NCBI RefSeq assembly: GCF_000012905.2
Contig: NC_007493.2
Span: forward strand, 240,001-272,000
Origin: Cereibacter sphaeroides 2.4.1
GTDB lineage: Bacteria > Pseudomonadota > Alphaproteobacteria > Rhodobacterales > Rhodobacteraceae
Direction: 5' to 3'
DNA: 32,000 bases
A program made the position numbers and the translations under genes. This document shows, one piece after another, positions 24,657-32,000 of the stretch. Within the stretch, counting starts at the first letter, position 1. Every line of letters starts with the position of its first letter. A model generated the notes under the pieces. The model ran no database searches and was not told the DNA's origin. It saw nothing but the letters and a program-made list of their open reading frames with translations.

Positions 24657-25445
24657 ATGGCCAGCAAGGCGAAATCCGAAGGCGGCATCCTCGAGACGAT
24701 CAAGACCATCGTCTATGCGCTGCTGATCGCGGGCGTGTTCCGCACGCTCTTCTTCCAGCCGTTCTGGATCCCGTCGGGCTCGATGAAGGACACGCTGCTG
24801 ATCGGCGACTTCCTCTTCGTCAACAAGATGGCCTACGGCTATTCGCAATATTCCTGCCCCTTCGGCATCTGCCCCTTCTCGGGCCGCATCCTCGGCTCCG
24901 AGCCCGAGCGAGGCGACGTGGTGGTGTTCCGCCACCCGGTCAATGGGTCGGACTTCATCAAGCGGCTGATCGGCCTGCCGGGCGATACGGTGCAGATGCG
25001 GAACGGCGTGCTCTATCTCAACGGACAGGAAGTCCCGCAGGCGCCCGACGGCACCTTCGAAGAGACCTACGAGCAGCAGGGCCCGATGGGCAACCTGCCG
25101 CGCTGCGAGAACGGTCCCGTGGGCGAGGGCGGCATCTGCACCAAGAGCCGCTTCACCGAGACGCTGCCGGGCGGCCGCACCCATGATGTGCTGAACATCG
25201 ACACCAACGGCTTCGGCGACAATACCGACGTCTTCACCGTGCCCGCCGGCCACTATTTCTTCATGGGCGACAACCGCGACAACAGCCAGGACAGCCGCTA
25301 TGGCCAGGCCGTGGGCGGCGTGGGCTTCGTTCCGGCCGAGAATCTCATCGGGCGCGCCGACCGGATCATGTTCTCCTCGGCCGGCCGCTCGATGCTCTAT
25401 TTCTGGACCTGGCGCGCCGACCGCTTCTTCAAGGCGATCGAGTGA
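24657..25445 (+). CDS. lepB: Signal peptidase I
   Basis: 262 aa from ATG 24657. It has an N-terminal TM helix, the catalytic-Ser box [11 protein letters not shown], the KRLIGLPGD box and [12 protein letters not shown]. Confidence 0.9.
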   Translation: MASKAKSEGGILETIKTIVYALLIAGVFRTLFFQPFWIPSGSMKDTLLIGDFLFVNKMAYGYSQYSCPFGICPFSGRILGSEPERGDVVVFRHPVNGSDFIKRLIGLPGDTVQMRNGVLYLNGQEVPQAPDGTFEETYEQQGPMGNLPRCENGPVGEGGICTKSRFTETLPGGRTHDVLNIDTNGFGDNTDVFTVPAGHYFFMGDNRDNSQDSRYGQAVGGVGFVPAENLIGRADRIMFSSAGRSMLYFWTWRADRFFKAIE

Positions 25446-26131
25446 AACTGTCTGCCGACCTGAAGGCCTTCGAAGGCCGGATCGGGCATCAGTTCCGCGA
25501 GCCCGAGCGTCTCCTGCGTGCCGTCACCCATTCCTCGCTGTCCTCCGTCACCCGGTCGGACAACCAGCGGCTCGAGTTCCTGGGCGACCGCGTTCTGGGC
25601 CTCGTGATGGCCGAGGCGCTGCTCGCAGCCGACCGCGCCGCCTCCGAGGGCCAGCTCGCGCCGCGCTTCAACGCGCTCGTGCGCAAGGAGACCTGCGCCG
25701 CCGTCGCCCGCGAGGTGGCTCTGGGCGACGTGCTGAAGCTCGGCCGCTCCGAGATGATGTCGGGCGGGCGCCGCAAGGAGGCTCTGCTCGGCGACGCTCT
25801 GGAAGCGGTGATCGCCGCGGTCTATCTGGATGCGGGGTTCGAGGCGGCACGGCAGCTCGTGCTCCGGCTCTGGGGCGCGCGGATCGCTCAGGTCGAGCGG
25901 GATGCCCGCGACGCCAAGACGGCGCTGCAGGAATGGGCGCAGGCGCGGGGCCTGCCGCCGCCGACCTACGAGGCGGTGGATCGATCCGGCCCGGACCATG
26001 CGCCGATCTTCACGGTCGAGGTGCGCCTCGGCAACGGCGAGACGGACAGGGCTGCGGCGGGCACCAAGCGGGTGGCGGAACAGGCGGCGGCGCGGGCGCT
26101 TCTCGCGCGGATGGAGGCGAGACATGACTGA
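25442..26131 (+). CDS. rnc: Ribonuclease III
   Basis: GTG 25442 overlaps the lepB stop (GTGA). It has the signature [15 protein letters not shown] and a C-terminal dsRBD ([19 protein letters not shown]...[15 protein letters not shown]). Confidence 0.9.
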   Translation: MKLSADLKAFEGRIGHQFREPERLLRAVTHSSLSSVTRSDNQRLEFLGDRVLGLVMAEALLAADRAASEGQLAPRFNALVRKETCAAVAREVALGDVLKLGRSEMMSGGRRKEALLGDALEAVIAAVYLDAGFEAARQLVLRLWGARIAQVERDARDAKTALQEWAQARGLPPPTYEAVDRSGPDHAPIFTVEVRLGNGETDRAAAGTKRVAEQAAARALLARMEARHD

Positions 26132-27038
26132 GACCACACGCGCGGGCTTCGTGGCGCTCATCGGCGAACCCAACGCCGGAAAATCGACCCTCCTGAACCG
26201 CATGGTCGGGGCCAAGGTCTCGATCGTGACCCACAAGGTCCAGACCACGCGCGCGCGTATCCGCGGCGTCGCGATGGAAGGTCAGGCCCAGATCGTCTTC
26301 GTGGACACGCCGGGCCTCTTCCGCCCGCGCCGGAGGCTCGACCGTGCCATGGTCGCGGCCGCCTGGGGCGGCGCCGCCGACGCCGACGTGATCGTGCTGC
26401 TCGTCGAGGCCCACCGCGGCCTGACCGAGGGCACGCAGGCCATCATCGACGCGATGCGCGACCGCATCCCGCAGGGCCAGACCGTGGCGCTCGCCATCAA
26501 CAAGATCGACCGGGTGAAGGCCGAGGTGCTGCTCGGCCTCGCGCAGGAGCTGAACGGGGCCTTCCCCTTCGCCGAGACCTTCATGATCTCGGCCGAGAAG
26601 GGCCACGGGGTCGAGAAGCTGCGCCGCTGGCTGGCGGGCATCCTGCCCGAGGGCCCCTGGTTCTATCCCGAGGACCAGATCGCCGACGTGCCGATGCGCG
26701 CCATCGCCGCAGAGATCACGCGCGAGAAACTGACCCTGCGCCTGCACGAAGAACTGCCCTACCAGCTCACCGTCGAGACCGAGGCCTGGGAGGACCGGCC
26801 GGACGGCTCCACCCGCATCGACCAGGTGGTCTATGTCGCCCGCGACGGCCACAAGGGCATCGTGCTCGGCAACAAGGGCGAGACGATCAAGCAGATCGGC
26901 CAGGCCGCGCGCGCCGAGATCGCGACCTTCCTCGAACGGCCGGTCCATCTCTTCCTGCAGGTCCGGGTGCGCCCGAACTGGCTCGAAGAGCCCGAGCGCT
27001 ATTCCGAGATGGGCCTCGACTTCAAGGACGGCGACTGA
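26124..27038 (+). CDS. era: GTPase Era
   Basis: 304 aa from ATG 26124, overlapping the rnc stop. G1 [10 protein letters not shown]3 DTPG, G4 NKID, and a C-terminal KH domain (..[22 protein letters not shown]..). Confidence 0.9.
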   Translation: MTETTRAGFVALIGEPNAGKSTLLNRMVGAKVSIVTHKVQTTRARIRGVAMEGQAQIVFVDTPGLFRPRRRLDRAMVAAAWGGAADADVIVLLVEAHRGLTEGTQAIIDAMRDRIPQGQTVALAINKIDRVKAEVLLGLAQELNGAFPFAETFMISAEKGHGVEKLRRWLAGILPEGPWFYPEDQIADVPMRAIAAEITREKLTLRLHEELPYQLTVETEAWEDRPDGSTRIDQVVYVARDGHKGIVLGNKGETIKQIGQAARAEIATFLERPVHLFLQVRVRPNWLEEPERYSEMGLDFKDGD

Positions 27039-27059
27039 GATGGCCGCCGCGGCCCGCCG

Positions 27060-27395
27060 ATGAGCGCGCGCCTGACGGCGGACTTCTGGGTCCGCGCCTA
27101 TCTGACCCGCCTGCGGCTGGCCGACATCCCGGCCTTCGTCACCGCCCGGGGCGATGCCACCGCCGGCGCCGTGCTGGTCAAATGCGCCACACTCGACGGG
27201 CAGGCCCGCGCCTTCCAGCGCTCCTTCGACCTGATGACGGGCGCCCGCGCCTGGGTGCCGCTCGCCGAAGGCCCCGAGGCCGATGTGGATGCGGCCATTG
27301 CCCGCCAGCGCCGCTTCGATCCCGACCTCTGGGTGATCGAGCTCGAGGACCGGCAGGGCCGCACGCTTCTCGACGAGCCGGGCCTCTCCGAGTGA
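27060..27395 (+). CDS. DUF1491 family protein
   Basis: 111 aa. LTADFWVRAYLTRLRLADIPAFVTARGDATAGAVLVK... matches my recollection of DUF1491. Its position between era and recO fits my recollection of alphaproteobacterial gene order. Confidence 0.7.
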   Translation: MSARLTADFWVRAYLTRLRLADIPAFVTARGDATAGAVLVKCATLDGQARAFQRSFDLMTGARAWVPLAEGPEADVDAAIARQRRFDPDLWVIELEDRQGRTLLDEPGLSE

Positions 27396-27431
27396 CTGGA
27401 CGGCCGGCCCGCGGCGCGGGATAGTCGCTCC

Positions 27432-28151
27432 ATGATGGAATGGCGGGACGAGGGCGCGCTCCTCTCGGTGCGGCGGCACGGCGAGAGCTCGGCGATCATC
27501 GAGGTCTTCACGGCCGCGCATGGCCGCCATGCAGGCGTTGTCCGCGGCGGCGCCTCGCGGAAGATCGCGCCCATCCTGCAGCCCGGCGCGCAGCTCGACC
27601 TGACCTGGAAGGCGCGGCTCGACGAGCATATGGGCGCCTTCACTGTCGAGCCGCTGCGCAGCCGCACCGCCCTTTTGGGCGACCGGCTGGGCCTCGCGGG
27701 CCTCAACGCGATCTGTGCCATGCTGCATGTGACCCTGCCCGAGCGCGAGCCGCACTCCACGCTCTGGCAGGAGAGCATGGTGCTGCTGGATGCGCTCGAC
27801 CGGCCGGGCTGGCCGCCCGCCTATCTCCGCTGGGAGATGCGTCTCTTGGAGGAGACCGGCTTCGGCCTCGACCTCACCCGCTGCGCCGTCACGGGCAGCC
27901 GCGAGGATCTGGCCTTCGTCAGCCCGAAGACCGGCCGCGCCGTCAGCAGCGGGGCCGCGGGCGGCTGGGCCGACCGGCTGTTCCCGCTGCCGCTGGCGCT
28001 GCTGGGGCAGGGGCCTGCCTCGGCCGAGGAAGTGCGGCAGGGCCTTGCCATCACCGGCCATTTCCTCGGCCGCGAGCTCGCGCCCCTGCTGAACGGGCGG
28101 CCGCTGCCCGAGGCGCGCGCCCGGCTGATGGAGCTTCTGGCCCGCGCCTGA
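27432..28151 (+). CDS. recO: DNA repair protein RecO
   Basis: 239 aa. [46 protein letters not shown]... is a typical RecO N-terminal OB-fold sequence. The position after era fits the conserved order. Confidence 0.85.
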   Translation: MMEWRDEGALLSVRRHGESSAIIEVFTAAHGRHAGVVRGGASRKIAPILQPGAQLDLTWKARLDEHMGAFTVEPLRSRTALLGDRLGLAGLNAICAMLHVTLPEREPHSTLWQESMVLLDALDRPGWPPAYLRWEMRLLEETGFGLDLTRCAVTGSREDLAFVSPKTGRAVSSGAAGGWADRLFPLPLALLGQGPASAEEVRQGLAITGHFLGRELAPLLNGRPLPEARARLMELLARA

Positions 28152-28157
28152 GGCCGT

Positions 28158-28180
28158 GCCATCCGCGCTTCGCGAATGGC
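28158..28180. terminator. Hairpin between convergent recO and the acyl-CoA dehydrogenase gene (possible bidirectional terminator)
   Basis: GCCATCCGCG-CTT-CGCGAATGGC: a 10-bp stem with one mismatch and a 3-nt loop. No clear U tract. Confidence 0.3.
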
Positions 28181-28190
28181 AGGCGGCCCG

Positions 28191-29858
28191 TCAGTCCAGC
28201 AGCCGCCGCGCGATCACCTGCGCCTGGATCTCGGCCGCCCCCTCGAAGATGTTGAGGATGCGCGCATCGCAGAGGATCCGGCTGATCTGATATTCCAGCG
28301 CGAAGCCGTTTCCGCCATGGATCTGCAGCGCATTGTCGGCCGCGGCCCAGGCCACCCGGGCACCCAGGAGCTTCGCCATCCCGGCCTCGAGGTCGCAGCG
28401 CTGGCCGTGATCCTTCTCCCAGGCGGAATGGTAGGTCAGCTGCCGCGCCACCATGATCTCGACCGCCATCATGGCAAGCTTGCCCGCCACGCGCGGAAAT
28501 TCGATCAGCGCCTTGCCGAACTGCTTGCGCTCCTCGGCATATTGCATCCCCACCTCGAGCGCATTCTGCGCCACGCCGATGGCGCGGGCGGCGGTCTGGA
28601 TCCGCGCGCTCTCGAAGGTCTGCATGAGCTGCTTGAAGCCCTGCCCCTCGACGCCGCCCAGAAGGTTCTCGGCCTTCACGCGGAAGCCGTCGAAGCCGAT
28701 CTCATATTCCTTCATGCCGCGGTAGCCCAGCACCTCGATCTCGCCGCCGGTCATGCCGGGCGTCGGGAACGGATCCGCGTCGGTCCCCGGCACCTTCTCG
28801 GCGAGGAACATCGACAGGCCCCGGTAATCGGTCGTCTCGAGGTCGGTGCGGGCAAGGAGCGTCATCACATGGGTGCGCGCGGCATGGGTGATCCAGGTCT
28901 TGTTGCCATGGACCACCCATTCGTCGCCGTCCTTCACCGCGCGCGTCCGCAGGCTGCCCAGATCCGATCCGGTGTTCGGCTCGGTGAAGACGGCGGTCGG
29001 CAGGATCTCCCCGCTCGCAAGCTTCGGCAGCCAGGCCGCCTTCTGCGCATCGGTGCCGCCGCAGAGGATCAGCTCCGCCGCGATCTCGGACCGGGTCCCG
29101 AGCGAGCCCACGCCGATATAGCCGCGCGACAGCTCCTCCGAGACCACGACCATCGAGGCCTTCGACAGGCCGAAGCCGCCGAACTCCTCCGGGATCGTCA
29201 GGCCGAAGACGCCCATCTCGGCCAGAGCCTCCACGATCTCCATCGGGATCAGCTCGTCGCGCATGTGCCAGCCATGGGCGTGCGGGGCCACCCGCTCGTC
29301 CGCGAAACGGCGGAACTGGTCGCGGATCATCTCGAGCTCCTCGTCGAGGCCCGAGGCGCCGAAGGTGGCCCGCCCGTGGTTGTCGCGCATCAGCGCCACC
29401 AGCCGCGCCCGCGCGGCGGGCGTATTGCCCGCCTGGATGAGCCGCCGCACCGCCTCGCCCGGATGGCCGAGCTCGATCCCAATATCCTGCACCCGCGCCG
29501 TCTCGGTCTGGCTCATCGGGATGCCGCCGCGGATCTGCGCGAGATATTCCCCGAAGGCGATCTGCAGGATCAGCGCCTCCATCTCGCCGAACCGCCCCTC
29601 GGTCTCGAGCCGCCCGGCCCAGGCCCGCATCTGCCGGAGCGACTCGACATAAGTCGCGAGCCAGGAGAGCGCGTGCGCCGCAAACTGCTCCTCTTCCAGC
29701 GCCTTCGAAGAGACCTTGCCGTCGGTCGTCACCCGCTCCTTCAGCGCGCTCCGCGCCGTCTCGAACAGCGCCTCGACCTCGGGCAGAGCGTCGGAAGCAA
29801 GCGTCAGAAGATCCCCGAGCAGCGGCTGCCCGGTCATGGTCGATCCGTCCTTCGGCAT
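28191..29858 (-). CDS. Long-form acyl-CoA dehydrogenase family protein (about 555 aa)
   Basis: ATG 29858 has GAGGAG 7 nt upstream. The ACAD middle and C-terminal domains are recognisable (..TEPNTGSDLGSLRTRA..WITHA.. ; ..IHGGNGFALEYQISRILCDARILNIFEGAAEIQ..), with an N-terminal extension of about 170 aa. Confidence 0.85.
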   Translation of the reverse strand: MPKDGSTMTGQPLLGDLLTLASDALPEVEALFETARSALKERVTTDGKVSSKALEEEQFAAHALSWLATYVESLRQMRAWAGRLETEGRFGEMEALILQIAFGEYLAQIRGGIPMSQTETARVQDIGIELGHPGEAVRRLIQAGNTPAARARLVALMRDNHGRATFGASGLDEELEMIRDQFRRFADERVAPHAHGWHMRDELIPMEIVEALAEMGVFGLTIPEEFGGFGLSKASMVVVSEELSRGYIGVGSLGTRSEIAAELILCGGTDAQKAAWLPKLASGEILPTAVFTEPNTGSDLGSLRTRAVKDGDEWVVHGNKTWITHAARTHVMTLLARTDLETTDYRGLSMFLAEKVPGTDADPFPTPGMTGGEIEVLGYRGMKEYEIGFDGFRVKAENLLGGVEGQGFKQLMQTFESARIQTAARAIGVAQNALEVGMQYAEERKQFGKALIEFPRVAGKLAMMAVEIMVARQLTYHSAWEKDHGQRCDLEAGMAKLLGARVAWAAADNALQIHGGNGFALEYQISRILCDARILNIFEGAAEIQAQVIARRLLD

Positions 29859-30530
29859 GGCGTGACTCCTCATTCTGCAACTGCGACGTCCTAGCCATTT
29901 TGCAGTCGCAGCGCAACAAAAATTCACGATAGCGCCACAAGTCGCATGAATATGTCTCAGAGATTAATGCGCTTCCAAAAGAGCGCAGGGCCGCGCAGCT
30001 CCGTCTGACGGATGGCTGACGCTCCCGTCGACTGGGTCTCGTGGCGCGTCAGGCAGCAGCTCCTTGGAATCGCAAGCGCGGTCTCGCTCTCTCCGCAGGA
30101 CACTGATCCGCCGCGCGCGCTCTGCCCTGCCCGCTCAGCCGGGAATGACCGCGGCCAGATGTCCGGTTGCGCTGCGCTCTCAATTCGATGTGGCGGTCAT
30201 CGTGCCTGCCGGTTTCTCGAACCGTGTCAGGGCTCCTGCTCCCGAACCCGACACGACCCCGGGCCGTGGTTACACGCGTCCGCCCAGGCCCCGGACGGGC
30301 ACCACAGGCGTCGCAGACAGTCCGATCGGCGATCGGCACCTCGAAAAGTCCCGGTCGGAACCGGCCTCGAGGTCCAGCCCTCATGAGGCTCGAGACGTGC
30401 GGCTTTCCTCGCCGCCGCGGACGGTGCCCCGACCTGCTGGACAGCCATGTTCAGACCGATCGCGCTCTCACCCGCTCGGGGCTCTCATCGCCGCAGCGGT
30501 CTTTCACTCTGCCCAAATATCCTCGGGGGT

Positions 30531-30551
30531 CCGGGGGCAGACAGCCCCCGG
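30531..30551 (-). terminator. GC-rich hairpin downstream of the pckA stop (CCGGGGGC-AGACA-GCCCCCGG)
   Basis: Perfect 8-bp stem and 5-nt loop, 22 nt after the pckA stop. The downstream tail is only weakly U-rich (..GAGGAUAUUUGGG). Confidence 0.35.
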
Positions 30552-30572
30552 AGGTCGCCGCCGGGACCGGCC

Positions 30573-32000
30573 TCAGCCGATCGCGGCCGCCTTCACATCC
30601 GCATCGATGAAGGGGACATATTGCGCGAAGTTGTTGGCGAACATCTCCACCAGCTTCTTCGCCTGCTGATCGTAGGCCGCCGGATCGGCCCAGGTCGAGC
30701 GCGGATCGAGCAGCTTCGCATCTACCCCATGCAGGTCCACCGGCACCTCGAAGCCGAAGTTCGGATCGCGGCGGAACTGAACGCCCGAGAGCGAGCCGTC
30801 GAGCGCCGCGGTCAGCAGCGCGCGGGTGGCCTTGATCGGCATCCGCTTGCCGGTGCCGTAGGCGCCGCCGGTCCAGCCGGTGTTCACGAGCCAGCAGGTC
30901 GCGCCGTGCTTGGCGATCTTCTCCTGCAGGAGCTTGCCGTAGACCTCGGGACGACGGGGCATGAAGGGCGCGCCGAAGCAGGTCGAGAAGGTCGGCTGCG
31001 GCTCGGTCACGCCGCGTTCGGTGCCGGCCACCTTCGAGGTGAAGCCCGACAGGAAGTGATACATGGCCTGCGCGGGCGTCAGCCGCGCGATGGGCGGCAG
31101 CACGCCGAAGGCGTCGCAGGTCAGCATGATGACGTTCTTCGGATGCCCGCCGAGCCCGCTCTCGGACGCGTTCGAGATATAGTCGAGCGGATAGGCGCAG
31201 CGCGTGTTCGCCGTCAGGCTGTCGTCGTTGAAGTCGAGCTCGAGCGTCTCTTCGTCATAGACCATGTTCTCGACCACGGTCGCGAATTTCGAGGTCGTGG
31301 CATAGATCTCGGGTTCGGCTTCGGCCGAGAGATTGATCGTCTTGGCGTAGCAGCCGCCCTCGAAGTTGAACGTCCCCCGGTCCGACCAGCCGTGCTCGTC
31401 GTCGCCGATCAGCGTGCGGGAGGGATCGGCCGAGAGCGTGGTCTTGCCGGTGCCGGAGAGCCCGAAGAACACTGCCGCATCGTCCGTGTCGCCGAGCGCG
31501 TGGTTGGCCGAGCAGTGCATCGCCATGACGCCCTTGCCGGGCAGGATGTAGTTCAGCAGCGTGAAGACCGACTTCTTGTTCTCGCCGGCATATTCGGTGT
31601 TGGCGATCAGGATCAGCTTGCGCTCGAAGTTGAGCACGATCACCGTGTCGGTGCGGCAGCCGTGGCGCTCGGGGTCGGCCTTGAAGGACGGGCAGTTGAT
31701 GACCGTCCAGTCGGGCACGAAGCTGTCGAGCTCGGCGCGCTCGGGGCGGCGCAGCATGTGGCGGATGAAGAGGCCGTGCCAGGCGAGCTCGGTCACCATC
31801 CGCACGTCGAGGCGCAGCTCGGGGTCGGCGCCGGCGAACAGGTCCTGCACGAAGTAGGTGCGGCCCTTCATGTGCTCGAGCATGTCGGCATGGAGCCGGT
31901 CGAAGGCGGCCGGATCCATGGGAGCGTTGTTTTCCCACCAGATCGTGTCTTCCACCGACGGCGTGCGCACGACGAACTTGTCCTTGGGCGAGCGGCCCGT
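30573..32000 (-). CDS. pckA: Phosphoenolpyruvate carboxykinase (ATP), N-terminus outside window
   Basis: The frame stays open to the window edge ([22 protein letters not shown]...). Kinase-1a motif [21 protein letters not shown], and the C-terminal ..[14 protein letters not shown]. The GTG at 31970 in the track is internal. Confidence 0.9.
   Translation of the reverse strand, partial: TGRSPKDKFVVRTPSVEDTIWWENNAPMDPAAFDRLHADMLEHMKGRTYFVQDLFAGADPELRLDVRMVTELAWHGLFIRHMLRRPERAELDSFVPDWTVINCPSFKADPERHGCRTDTVIVLNFERKLILIANTEYAGENKKSVFTLLNYILPGKGVMAMHCSANHALGDTDDAAVFFGLSGTGKTTLSADPSRTLIGDDEHGWSDRGTFNFEGGCYAKTINLSAEAEPEIYATTSKFATVVENMVYDEETLELDFNDDSLTANTRCAYPLDYISNASESGLGGHPKNVIMLTCDAFGVLPPIARLTPAQAMYHFLSGFTSKVAGTERGVTEPQPTFSTCFGAPFMPRRPEVYGKLLQEKIAKHGATCWLVNTGWTGGAYGTGKRMPIKATRALLTAALDGSLSGVQFRRDPNFGFEVPVDLHGVDAKLLDPRSTWADPAAYDQQAKKLVEMFANNFAQYVPFIDADVKAAAIG

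Noticed and set aside
26010-28061. 683-aa minus-strand ORF
   Set aside because: It is antisense to era, the DUF1491 gene and recO. It has the same low-complexity shadow-ORF character.
28176-29894. 572-aa plus-strand ORF and 412-aa minus-strand ORF (28702..29940)
   Set aside because: These are the antisense frame and an alternative frame of the clearly recognisable acyl-CoA dehydrogenase gene.
30012-30448. ORFs 30012..30386 (+), 30049..30384 (-) and 30227..30448 (-) in the acdH-pckA spacer
   Set aside because: They mutually overlap on both strands, are Arg/Cys/Pro/Trp-rich, and have no RBS or recognisable domain. They are not called as genes, and the spacer is reported as a finding instead.

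Overview
High-GC alphaproteobacterial chromosome segment. The proteins look Rhodobacterales / Cereibacter-Rhodobacter-like, which is an inference from reading them, not a search result.

Part 1, about 0.5-15.2 kb: a tailed-phage-derived element sits against the 3' end of tRNA-Arg(CCU).
- The rightward arm (+) carries an XRE repressor, coupled small ORFs, DUF2312, a frameshifted ParB-like gene, excisionase and a tyrosine integrase.
- The leftward arm (-) carries Cro-like, a small TM protein, DUF1937-like, DUF1376-like, two hypotheticals, HNH, TerS (P27 family), TerL, portal and an S49 protease.
- The element looks defective or truncated. No capsid, tail or lysis genes are in the window. The protease gene ends 10 bp from a convergent TauE/SafE permease gene.

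Most interesting observation: a 1.3-kb cassette is wedged between terL and portal. It encodes an EamA/DMT transporter preceded by a leader whose three conserved blocks match the ykkC-yxkD (guanidine-I / ykkC subtype 2) riboswitch core. That would be a riboswitch-controlled cargo gene inside a phage packaging module.

Other noteworthy non-coding structure:
- A 16-18 bp operator-like motif occurs three times around the immunity region.
- An AT-rich, repeat-dense ~140-bp segment separates the early-like genes from the packaging genes.

Part 2, 15.3-32 kb: ordinary conserved core genes. These are a LacI-family regulator, DUF3429, LysE, ispH, an NYN/LabA protein, folK, rpoZ, spoT/rel, DUF2062, pdxJ, acpS, lepB, rnc, era, DUF1491, recO, a long acyl-CoA dehydrogenase and pckA (partial).

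Many long ORFs in the supplied track are antisense shadows typical of high-GC DNA and were rejected. The track renders GTG/TTG starts as M.
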